The notes below the pieces were generated by a model, which was given only the letters and a program-made list of their open reading frames with translations, was not told where the DNA came from and made no database searches. The position numbers and the translations under genes were made by a program. A stretch of 64,000 nucleotides of DNA, from positions 7,685 to 71,684 of the forward strand of contig CAMOKH010000111.1 in NCBI GenBank assembly GCA_946617675.1, given 5' to 3'. This stretch comes from an uncultured Prevotellaceae bacterium (GTDB taxonomy: Bacteria > Bacteroidota > Bacteroidia > Bacteroidales > Bacteroidaceae). Below, in pieces: positions 17,716 through 26,515 of this stretch. Within the stretch, counting starts at the first letter, position 1. The number at the start of each line of letters is the position of its first letter.

Positions 17716-19170
17716 TTACTCTACTACGATGGGCTTGTACTTCGGCACGAGCGTCTTCATGATGCACCAGCCAATGAGGTAGGCCACGGCGCAGATGCAG
17801 AACACCACCATATAGGCGGCAGGTTTGCCGTCGAAACCGAAGAAGGTGAAGGCCTCACCCTGTCCCTCGGCCCAGGTAAAGAAGTTACCCGAACCCTTGT
17901 TGATAAGGAACGAGCCCACACCGCCGGCCATTGAACCAATGCCAGTGATGGTACCGATGGTCGACTTGGGGAACATATCGCCAATAGTAGAGAAGAGGTT
18001 GGCCGACCAAGCCTGGTGACCGGCACCAAGCAGGCCGATGAGGATAGCAGGCCACCAAGCGCTATAGGCTCCTAAGGGCTGAGCGAAGAGTCCTAACACG
18101 GGGAAGCAGGCAAAGATGAGCATGGCACGCATGCGGCCCAGATAGGGGTTCATGCCCTTTTTCTCTACGAAGTAGGTAGGCAGGTAGCCGCCGCCGATGC
18201 TGAGCACGGTGACGATGGCATAGAGCGTCAGAATGAGCAGGATGCCCATCGTTGAGTCGCTGGTGTAGCCATACTGGTCAGAGAAATAGGCGGGTGCCCA
18301 GAAGAGGAAGAACCACCACACGCCGTCGGTCATGAACTTGCCGACGATGAACGACCACGTCTGCTTGTACTTGAAGCAGTCGAAGAAGGGGATGACCTTC
18401 TCCTCCTTAGCCTCCTGCTTGTTCTGCACCTCGGCAATGTCGATGTCTTGCTCAATGTAGTTCAGTTCAGCCTGGTTGACGAACTTGCTCTTGTGGGGCT
18501 TCTCGTAGAGCCACATCCACAAGCCCATCCACACGTAGCCCAGCACACCGATAATGACGAAGGCCATCTCCCAGCCCCAGGCGCGGGCCAGCAGGGGAAT
18601 GGTGGCGGGAGCAGCCAGAGCGCCGACAGAAGCGCCACTGTTGAAGATGGAGGTAGAGAAGGCACGGTCCTTCTTGGGGAAGTACTCGGCCGTCACCTTG
18701 ATGGCGGCGGGGAAGTTGCCTGCCTCGCCAAGAGCCAGAATCATGCGGCACGAAAGGAAGAGCCACACCGAGACGGTGGCAATGGCCACGGCGGCATCGC
18801 TGCCGGCCTGCACCAGCCTGAGTGCCTCGATGGAGTCGTAGCCCTCTATCTGCATGGCAGCCCAGCCGCAGGCAGCGTGGAGCACGGCACCTGTCGACCA
18901 AACGAAGATGGCAATGAGGTAGCCCTTCTTCGTGCCCATCCAGTCGATGAACTTACCGGCGAAGAGGTTGGCAATGGCATAGAAGATAGAGAACCATCCG
19001 GTGATGGTACCATAGTCGGCATCGCTCCAGTGGAACTCCGGGGCGATGAAGTCTTTCCATGTGAGCGACAGGACCTGGCGGTCCATATAGTTAATCGTGG
19101 TTGCCAAGAACAGCAGCGCACAGATGACCCAACGGAAGTTGGACATTTTGGTGGTTTGTACGGGAGTCAT
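17716..19170 (-). CDS. MFS hexuronate transporter (ExuT-like)
   Basis: RWVICALLFLATTINYMDRQ, GEAGNFPAAIK, FNSGASVGA; downstream of kduI. Confidence 0.88.
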   Translation of the reverse strand: MTPVQTTKMSNFRWVICALLFLATTINYMDRQVLSLTWKDFIAPEFHWSDADYGTITGWFSIFYAIANLFAGKFIDWMGTKKGYLIAIFVWSTGAVLHAACGWAAMQIEGYDSIEALRLVQAGSDAAVAIATVSVWLFLSCRMILALGEAGNFPAAIKVTAEYFPKKDRAFSTSIFNSGASVGALAAPATIPLLARAWGWEMAFVIIGVLGYVWMGLWMWLYEKPHKSKFVNQAELNYIEQDIDIAEVQNKQEAKEEKVIPFFDCFKYKQTWSFIVGKFMTDGVWWFFLFWAPAYFSDQYGYTSDSTMGILLILTLYAIVTVLSIGGGYLPTYFVEKKGMNPYLGRMRAMLIFACFPVLGLFAQPLGAYSAWWPAILIGLLGAGHQAWSANLFSTIGDMFPKSTIGTITGIGSMAGGVGSFLINKGSGNFFTWAEGQGEAFTFFGFDGKPAAYMVVFCICAVAYLIGWCIMKTLVPKYKPIVVE

Positions 19171-19200
19171 AGATATTTACGGTTTCAGATTTTCGATTTA

Positions 19201-20202
19201 CTATTTGATATCGATGACGGGAATGTTGTCCTTGTCGTTATAGTAAAGGTTCTCGCCAGCCATACCCCAGATGAAGGTATAGTAATAGGTGCCGGCAGCG
19301 GCGTGCATCGACCACTCGGGCGACATGATGGCCTGCTCGTTGTGCAGCCAGACGACACGGCTCTCCTCAGGCTGTCCCATGATATGGGCGATGGTCTGCT
19401 CCTGAGGCAGGTTGAAGTAGTAGTAGGCCTCGATGCGGCGGCCGTGGGTGTGGGGCGGCATGGTGTTCCACGCGGCGCCGGGATTGAGCTGTGTCAGGCC
19501 GAGCTGCAGCTGGCAGGGGCCCTCCTCGAGCACGTCGTTGACAATGAGCTTGTAGACGGTGCGGTTGTTGCACTCCTCAAGCGAACCGACGGGGCCCCAG
19601 ACGGCGGCCTTCAGCGAGCCCTTGCGGCCGTCGAGGGTAATCCATTGCGTCTTGAAATGCTGGTGAGCGGTGGCCGAGTTCAGGTAGAACTTGGCGGGAT
19701 TCTTGGGATCCTTCGAGCGGAACTGCACCTTCTTGTTCACATCCTTGTCCTTGGCTATGTGGCCACGGCCGATATACAGGGCCTCCTTCGGCGACAGGGC
19801 ATACTCCTTGCCGTCGACGATGACTACGCCGTCGCCGCCACCGCAGTTCACGACGCCGAGCTCACGGTTGTACATGAAGTACTTCTCCTTGATGGTGTTG
19901 TCGACGTCGAGACCCAGCTCCCAGAAGTTCTCCAGCGTCAGCGTCGTGTTGACGGGCATGGCGCCGCCGAAGATGAAGCGGTCGTAGTGGGAATAGGTGA
20001 GCAGGATGGAGTCAGGTGCCATCACCTTCTCCATGACGAAACGGTCGCGGAGCAGCTTCGTGTCATAGTGTTTTACATCCTCGGGATGGCAGGCCGTCTG
20101 GAACTTCACGTGCTGAACGCCTACATACCTGTCAGCTTCCTGCGCCTGGGCAGAAAGGGTGAGGGCCAGAGCCCCCGCAATGGTCAGAATTGTTTTTTTC
20201 AT
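19201..20202 (-). CDS. kduI: 5-dehydro-4-deoxy-D-glucuronate isomerase with N-terminal Sec signal peptide
   Basis: [48 protein letters not shown]; [21 protein letters not shown] leader. Confidence 0.92.
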   Translation of the reverse strand: MKKTILTIAGALALTLSAQAQEADRYVGVQHVKFQTACHPEDVKHYDTKLLRDRFVMEKVMAPDSILLTYSHYDRFIFGGAMPVNTTLTLENFWELGLDVDNTIKEKYFMYNRELGVVNCGGGDGVVIVDGKEYALSPKEALYIGRGHIAKDKDVNKKVQFRSKDPKNPAKFYLNSATAHQHFKTQWITLDGRKGSLKAAVWGPVGSLEECNNRTVYKLIVNDVLEEGPCQLQLGLTQLNPGAAWNTMPPHTHGRRIEAYYYFNLPQEQTIAHIMGQPEESRVVWLHNEQAIMSPEWSMHAAAGTYYYTFIWGMAGENLYYNDKDNIPVIDIK

Positions 20203-20215
20203 TGTTGTTTTGTCG

Positions 20216-21583
20216 TTATTTGTTATTTTTTTCTTCTTTGACGATGCGCATGCGGTTCCAGATGACCATGCCGATGGTGATGGCGGTGAGGACAGCAGCA
20301 CCAATCCACTTCAGGTAAGCCACACACTTGTAGATGACCCAGCCGAAGAGCGAGGAGGCGAAGTCGAGGGCACCACCCTCGAAGCCGGCGGGAATGTCGG
20401 CGGCCTTGTCGCCCGTCTGCTCGAAGACGGTGTGGGCGGCCTGCGTGAAGGCGGGCGCCATGTCGGTGACGAAGTAGAGGCCGATGGCCAGGGCTACCAG
20501 TCCGATGATGAACGTCTTGACGACATTACCCTTCGTGAACGGCAGCACCACGGGGAACAGGTAGAACATACCAGCCAGCGAGGCCAGCGGCAGGAACTGG
20601 TTGCCGGGCAGGATGACGGCCAGGCCCAGGGCCACGGGAATGAGCAGCAGCGAGACGACGAGCGTCGTCGGGTGGCCGATGACCACGGCGGGCGACATGC
20701 CGATATACACCTTCTTGCCGTTGAACTTGCGCTTCACCACCTCCTGCGTCTTCTCGGCGATGGGCTTCAGACCCTCGATGAAGAGCGAGGTGATGCGGGG
20801 AATCAGCTCCATGACGGCACCCATCGTGACGCCGAGGAACAGCACCTTCTTGATGTCCATCTGAGCCAGCACGCCGATGAGCGCACCGACGATGACGCCG
20901 AGCACGAGCGGCTCGCCGAGTACGCCGAACTTCTTCTTCAGTCCGTCGGCATCGATATTCAGGCGATCGAAGCCGGGAATCATGTCGAGCAGCTTGCCGA
21001 TGCCCAAGGCGAAGGGCACGAAACTCTGGCAGAAGGGCTGCGGGATGCTGATGCCCTGCCACTCAGGGTAGTACTCCTGGAAGCGGTCGGCGGTGAGGTC
21101 AGCCATGACCAGTGTCACGATGTAACAGACGATGGCGGCGAAGTAGCCCCACAGCAGGCTCCCGTCCATGACAAAGTAGGCTACAGCGCCGATGAAGGCG
21201 AAGTGCCAGTAGTTCCACAGGTCGATATTGACCGTCCGGGTGCAGCCGGTGATGAGCAGCAGGAAGTTCACGCCCAGACAGATAGGGATGATCAGTGCGC
21301 CGACAGCGGTGTTATAGGCCACGGCGGCAGCGGCAGGCCAGCCCATGTCGAAGACCTTCAGCTGAAGGTCGTAGAGCTGAGAGATATCACTAAGCGGCCC
21401 ACCGAAATTGGTGGTCAACAGAGCCGTCACAATGCCCAGGCCCACAAAACCGACACCTACATAGAGGCCCGACTTCAGCGAGCGTCCGAACTTCAGACCG
21501 ATACACAGACCGATGATTGTAAAGAGAATAGGCATCATGACCGACGCCCCCAAACTGATAATGTAACTGAATACTTGTTCCAT
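20216..21583 (-). CDS. Orphan PTS galactitol-type IIC (GatC family) membrane protein
   Basis: [31 protein letters not shown]; no IIA/IIB genes nearby. Confidence 0.9.
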   Translation of the reverse strand: MEQVFSYIISLGASVMMPILFTIIGLCIGLKFGRSLKSGLYVGVGFVGLGIVTALLTTNFGGPLSDISQLYDLQLKVFDMGWPAAAAVAYNTAVGALIIPICLGVNFLLLITGCTRTVNIDLWNYWHFAFIGAVAYFVMDGSLLWGYFAAIVCYIVTLVMADLTADRFQEYYPEWQGISIPQPFCQSFVPFALGIGKLLDMIPGFDRLNIDADGLKKKFGVLGEPLVLGVIVGALIGVLAQMDIKKVLFLGVTMGAVMELIPRITSLFIEGLKPIAEKTQEVVKRKFNGKKVYIGMSPAVVIGHPTTLVVSLLLIPVALGLAVILPGNQFLPLASLAGMFYLFPVVLPFTKGNVVKTFIIGLVALAIGLYFVTDMAPAFTQAAHTVFEQTGDKAADIPAGFEGGALDFASSLFGWVIYKCVAYLKWIGAAVLTAITIGMVIWNRMRIVKEEKNNK

Positions 21584-21715
21584 TTTATTGATTAGTTTTG
21601 TTTGTTTTAGCGCAGAATACGGTGCAAAAGTACTAATTATTTTCCAAACGGCGGCAGTTTTTCCCAGAAAATGTGTAACTTTGTGCCCTCAAATTTGCTA
21701 ACAATACTTCAAAAT

Positions 21716-23248
21716 ATGACAAGAGCAACCCTTTCGGTCGTCTTTGCCCTGCTTTTTTCGCTGGCACCGGCCAATGCTGCAACCCGCCAGAAAGGCCCCG
21801 GATGCTGGCGTACGGCGACAGCCCGACAGAAGGCTGCGGCCCGCATGGCCGTGAAGCGACCCGTTGACATCGGCGAGCGCACCAACTACCGTGGACAGAA
21901 GCGCGGACTGGTCATCCTGGCCGAGTTTTCCGACACGAAATTCAAGGACACCCACAATCGCGCTAAGTACAACGACATTCTCAATTCGCCGGGCTACACC
22001 ACCAACGAGGGATTCCGAGGCAGTGTGGCCGACTATTTCCGCGACCAGTCGGCAGGCCTGTTCGAACTGCAGTTCGACGTCGTCGGCCCCTACACCACGA
22101 AACACAGCTACCGTTACTACGGCAAGAACGACGACGAGGGCCTGGACCTCTATCCGCAGGACATGATCGAGGAGATGTGCATCGCTGCCGACGGCGAGGT
22201 CGACTTTAGCAATTACGACTGGGACGGCGACGGCATCGTCGACGAGGTGTTCGTGCTCTACGCCGGCAAGGGCGAAGCCGACAACTCGCCCAGCAAGCCC
22301 GACCTCGTCTGGCCTCACATGTGGACGCTCTCCGAAGCCAACGGAGCACCGCTACGACTCGACGGCGTCGATATTGACGTCTATGCCTGCGCCAACGAAC
22401 TGGCGGCCGATGGCACCATCAACGGCATCGGCACCTTCTGCCACGAGTTCTCTCACTGCATGGGGTTCCCCGACTTCTACGACATTAACTACGGCGACAG
22501 CTACGGCATGGGCGACTACGACCTGATGTCGGGCGGCAACTACGCCGGCAACGGGTTCCTGCCTGTGGGCTACACGGCCTACGAGAAGATGGTCTGCGGC
22601 TGGCAGGAGCCTGTCGTGCTGGGCCATGAGGATGTCAGCGTCGACAGCCTGAAACCCATCAGCGAGCATGGCGACACCTACATCATCTACAACGACGGCT
22701 GTCCCGACGAGTACTACATGATAGAGAACCGCCAGCGCACGGGCTGGGACGCCCGCTACCCCTCGCGGGGACTGCTCATCACGCATGTCGACTTCGATGC
22801 CGAGGTGTGGTTCAATAACATTCCCAACACCATAATGACCGATGAGGAGGCTTACGAAATGGAGCTGACCTGCGGCAACGACCACCAGCGCATGACGTTC
22901 TTCCACGCCGACAACACCGAGGACGACTACTCGACACGCACCGACCTCTACCCCTACGGCACGCGCGACTCGCTAACGACCACCTCGCGGCCGGCAGCCA
23001 AGCTCTTCAATAATAATTCGGAGGGGCAGAAGCTCATGCAGGGCGCCATACTCAACATCAAGCAGAACAGTGACGGCACGATGGCCTTCAGCTACCGCGC
23101 ACCGAAAGCCATCGCCGACGCCATCACCCAGCACCCAGCACCCGACACCCAGCACCCGACACCCTTCTACGACCTCCAAGGCCGCAGGGTCAGCAGGCCG
23201 GTGCGTGGGCTTTACATCGTCGGTGGCCGGAAGGTGGTTGTCCGCTAA
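21716..23248 (+). CDS. M6 family (immune inhibitor A-like) metalloprotease with C-terminal secretion tail
   Basis: GSVADYF, WPHMW, GTFCHEFSHCMGFPDFY, DLMSGG, YDLQGRRV..GLYIVGGRKVVVR. Confidence 0.9.
   Translation: MTRATLSVVFALLFSLAPANAATRQKGPGCWRTATARQKAAARMAVKRPVDIGERTNYRGQKRGLVILAEFSDTKFKDTHNRAKYNDILNSPGYTTNEGFRGSVADYFRDQSAGLFELQFDVVGPYTTKHSYRYYGKNDDEGLDLYPQDMIEEMCIAADGEVDFSNYDWDGDGIVDEVFVLYAGKGEADNSPSKPDLVWPHMWTLSEANGAPLRLDGVDIDVYACANELAADGTINGIGTFCHEFSHCMGFPDFYDINYGDSYGMGDYDLMSGGNYAGNGFLPVGYTAYEKMVCGWQEPVVLGHEDVSVDSLKPISEHGDTYIIYNDGCPDEYYMIENRQRTGWDARYPSRGLLITHVDFDAEVWFNNIPNTIMTDEEAYEMELTCGNDHQRMTFFHADNTEDDYSTRTDLYPYGTRDSLTTTSRPAAKLFNNNSEGQKLMQGAILNIKQNSDGTMAFSYRAPKAIADAITQHPAPDTQHPTPFYDLQGRRVSRPVRGLYIVGGRKVVVR
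23125..23164 (+). repeat. CACCC(AG/GA) heptamer array in the linker before the secretion tail
   Basis: cacccagcacccagcacccgacacccagcacccgacaccc encodes TQHPAPDTQHPTP. Confidence 0.8.
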
Positions 23249-25707
23249 TCCTGATAGTAGACGCGCTTCACGCGGTTCGACACGCCCGTCAGCACTTCGT
23301 ACGGTATGGTGTCGGTCAGGTCGCTGAGCACGGTGACCGGCAGTTGCTCGCCAAACACCTCGACGCTGTCGCCCTCGCGGCAGTCGATGCCCGTGACGTC
23401 GATCATGGCCACGTCCATACAGATGTTTCCTACATACTCAGCCCGCTGACCGTTCACCAGACAGTAGCCGTGGCGGTTGCCGAGGTGGCGGTTCAGTCCG
23501 TCGGCATAGCCGATGGGTATGGCCCCTATCAGCGAGTCGCGCTCCAGGACGGTGCGGCGGCTGTAGCCGATGCTGTCGCCAGCCTTGACATGGCGCAGCT
23601 GCAGGATGGTGGTCTTCAGCGTGCTCACGGTACTCAGCATTTCATTGTTACGCGGATTCACGCCGTAGAGCCCGATACCCAGTCGGCACATGTCCATCTG
23701 CCGCTCAGGGAAGTGCTCAATGCCGGCAGAGTTGTCGATATGGCGCAGGATCTTATGGCTGAAGGCGGCCTGCAACCGTCGGCTGCCTTCGTCGAAGAGC
23801 TGGAACTGGCGGGCCGAGAAGTCGTCGAACGTGTCACTGTCGCTGCCCACGAAGTGGCTGAACACCGAGCGCGGAATGACGGCCTGCTGGTGGCGAAGGC
23901 GGTCGATGAGCTCGTCCATGTCGGTCTCTGGGTCGAAGCCCAGTCGGTGCATGCCGGTGTCGAGCTTGATGTGTACGGGCCAGCCGGTGATGCCTTCCTT
24001 GCGGGCAGCACGGACCAGCGCGTCGAGCAGACGGAAGGAGTAGACCTCGGGCTCCAGGTCGTAGTCGAACATCGTCTTGAAGGCGGTCATTTCAGGATTC
24101 ATCACCATGATGTTCGACGTGACCCCTGCGCGGCGAAGGGCCACGCCCTCGTCGGCCACGGCCACGGCGAGGTAGTCTACGCGGTGGTCCTGCAGCGTCT
24201 TGCCCACCTCGACGGCGCCGGCGCCGTAGGCATCGGCCTTCACCATGCACACCATCTTCGTCTCGGGCTTCATCAGCGAGCGGTAGTAGTTCAGGTTGTT
24301 CACCACGGCACCCAGGTTCACCTCGAGTATCGTCTCGTGGACCTTCTGTTCCAGCAGTTCCGTGATATGTTCGAAGCCGAAACGGCGTGCCCCTTTCAGC
24401 AGGATAACCTCGTCGTGAAGGGCGCGGAAGGCGGGACTGGCGATGAACGCCTGTGTGGTGGCGAAAAAGTATTTCTCGCCGACGAGGAAGGCTTGCTGCT
24501 GGGCGGCGAGCTCGTCGCCGATGCCGATGAACTTCGTGACGCCGCGCTTCAGGCAGAGTTCGTTCACCTCGCGGTACAGGTCGGCTGCCGACGTGCCGCT
24601 CTGATAGATGTCGCTCAGCACGAGCGTGTGCCGCTCGTTGCCGTCGCCGCGCCGGTTCATGAAGTCGAGCGCAATGTCGAGCGAGTTGATGTCGTTATTA
24701 TACGAGTCGTTGATGAGTATGCAGCCGCGCTGGCCCTGCTTCACCTCCAGGCGCATGGCCACAGGCTCCAGGCCCGGCGTGCGCTCGGCTATCTGCTCGG
24801 GCGTCAGTCCGAGGTGCAGGGCAGTGACGACGCAGATGATGCTGTCGTCGATGCTGGCCTCGTCGATGAAGGGGATGGCGTACTCGCCTGGCGTACCTTT
24901 ATATATATACGCGATGTGGGCATTCTCGGCGCCGAGGGTAACCTCCTTGACGTAGAAGGGTGCCTGGCTGTCGGTGCGCGACCACCCGAGACGCTCGCCC
25001 TGGTAGCCGAGGCGCCGTATGCAGCGACTCACGGTGTTGTCGTCCATCGGGTAGACCAGTGCCTCGGTGTCGCGCATCAGCTCCAGTTTCTCCAGGCACT
25101 TCTCCTCCATCGAGCGGAAGTTCTCCTGATGGGCACTGCCCAGACAGGTGAGCACGCCGACCGTAGGCTGTATGATGTCGTGCAGGGCCATCATCTCGCC
25201 GGGCTGACTGATACCGGCCTCGAAGATGCCCACGCGGGCCTGCTCGTTGAGCAGCCATACCGACAGCGGCACGCCAATCTGCGAGTTGTAGGAGCGCGGC
25301 GAGCGCACAACCCGCTGCGAGGGCAACAGCAGCTGGTAGAGCCACTCCTTGACCATCGTCTTGCCGTTTGAGCCGGTGATGCCCACGATGGGTATCGAGA
25401 ATTCGTCGCGATGGCGCTCGGCCAGGCGCTGCAGGGCAGCCAGTGCCGAGGGCACCTTCAGGTAGTTGGCGTCGGCTTGCGGTTCAGCGGGCACCTGCTC
25501 TACCACAAACGAGCGCACGCCCCGGCGGTAGAGGTCGTCGATATAGCGGTGGCCGTCGCCGTGCTTTGTGCGGAAGGCGAAAAAGAGTGTTTCTTCAGGA
25601 AAACATAGTGAGCGGCTGTCGGTCAGCAGCCAGCGCACGCTGGCGTCGTTGTCGCCGTAGCGGCGTGCGCCGATGAGTGTGGTAATTTTCTCAATAGTAT
25701 ATGTCAT
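23245..25707 (-). CDS. alr: Bifunctional MurF-like ligase / alanine racemase
   Basis: GITGSNGKT, INDSYN, MVKADAYG (PLP lysine), HIKLDTGMHRLGF, GNICMD. Confidence 0.95.
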   Translation of the reverse strand: MTYTIEKITTLIGARRYGDNDASVRWLLTDSRSLCFPEETLFFAFRTKHGDGHRYIDDLYRRGVRSFVVEQVPAEPQADANYLKVPSALAALQRLAERHRDEFSIPIVGITGSNGKTMVKEWLYQLLLPSQRVVRSPRSYNSQIGVPLSVWLLNEQARVGIFEAGISQPGEMMALHDIIQPTVGVLTCLGSAHQENFRSMEEKCLEKLELMRDTEALVYPMDDNTVSRCIRRLGYQGERLGWSRTDSQAPFYVKEVTLGAENAHIAYIYKGTPGEYAIPFIDEASIDDSIICVVTALHLGLTPEQIAERTPGLEPVAMRLEVKQGQRGCILINDSYNNDINSLDIALDFMNRRGDGNERHTLVLSDIYQSGTSAADLYREVNELCLKRGVTKFIGIGDELAAQQQAFLVGEKYFFATTQAFIASPAFRALHDEVILLKGARRFGFEHITELLEQKVHETILEVNLGAVVNNLNYYRSLMKPETKMVCMVKADAYGAGAVEVGKTLQDHRVDYLAVAVADEGVALRRAGVTSNIMVMNPEMTAFKTMFDYDLEPEVYSFRLLDALVRAARKEGITGWPVHIKLDTGMHRLGFDPETDMDELIDRLRHQQAVIPRSVFSHFVGSDSDTFDDFSARQFQLFDEGSRRLQAAFSHKILRHIDNSAGIEHFPERQMDMCRLGIGLYGVNPRNNEMLSTVSTLKTTILQLRHVKAGDSIGYSRRTVLERDSLIGAIPIGYADGLNRHLGNRHGYCLVNGQRAEYVGNICMDVAMIDVTGIDCREGDSVEVFGEQLPVTVLSDLTDTIPYEVLTGVSNRVKRVYYQD

Positions 25708-25711
25708 GGTC

Positions 25712-26515
25712 TTATGATTTATATTTCTGCAGTAGTGCGTCGGCCCTGGCGCGGGTGTCGGCCAGGAAACGGCGGTACTCGTCACTGTCAGGGTTGAAGG
25801 GGCGATGGCCCAGGGCTGCCTTCAGCGGTGCCCATTCGCGCAGGAATTGCTTGGCCCGGGGCGAGAAGTAGTGCTCCACCAGTTGTTGCCAGATGAACTC
25901 AACGGCCACCGCTGACGGGTGGAGCATGTCGTCGGCATAGAAGCGGTAGTCGCGCAACTCGTCGAGCACGATTTCGTAGGCGGGGAAGTAGGTGAGGTGA
26001 GCAGTAAGAGGTGAGAGACAAGAGATGACCTGATTAACGGCAAGGAGGAGGGTGGCTTTCGAGAGCTGGCTCCCGTGGTAGCCATACTTGCGATAACGGA
26101 TGGGGCTGACGGTCAGGACGACATGGACGTCGGGACGACGGCTGACGAGCAGGCTGACGGCACGGCGCAGGTAGTCGGCACACTCGTCGACGCTGAGCAG
26201 TTCCTCCTGGAACAGCGCGGCGGGGCGCTTCTGGCAGTTATCTACAATCTCGCCCGTCTCGCGGAGACGGTAGACGTGGTTGGTGCCCAGGGTGATGAAT
26301 GCCACGCGGGGGGCTCCCTCGTAGCGCTCCACGGTGTGCAGCACCGAGGCGGGGTTGTACATCGTGCCGTAGGGGTTTACCGCAGCGCGGAACTGCTCGT
26401 CCTGGAAGCGCAGGCCAATGCTGTCGGCAAAGCAGCTGCCCACGAAGAGCATCTCCTCAAGGGGTTCTATCTGGAACTCCGGCGTCGGTATGTCTACTAT
26501 GGTTCGGAACTCCAT
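25712..26515 (-). CDS. GSCFA domain protein
   Basis: VGSCFA motif, TVSPIR, YFPAYEIVLDELRDYRFY..DMLHPS. Confidence 0.9.
   Translation of the reverse strand: MEFRTIVDIPTPEFQIEPLEEMLFVGSCFADSIGLRFQDEQFRAAVNPYGTMYNPASVLHTVERYEGAPRVAFITLGTNHVYRLRETGEIVDNCQKRPAALFQEELLSVDECADYLRRAVSLLVSRRPDVHVVLTVSPIRYRKYGYHGSQLSKATLLLAVNQVISCLSPLTAHLTYFPAYEIVLDELRDYRFYADDMLHPSAVAVEFIWQQLVEHYFSPRAKQFLREWAPLKAALGHRPFNPDSDEYRRFLADTRARADALLQKYKS

Noticed and set aside
23245-25707. MurF-Alr fusion as a novelty
   Set aside because: This fusion is standard in Bacteroidota.
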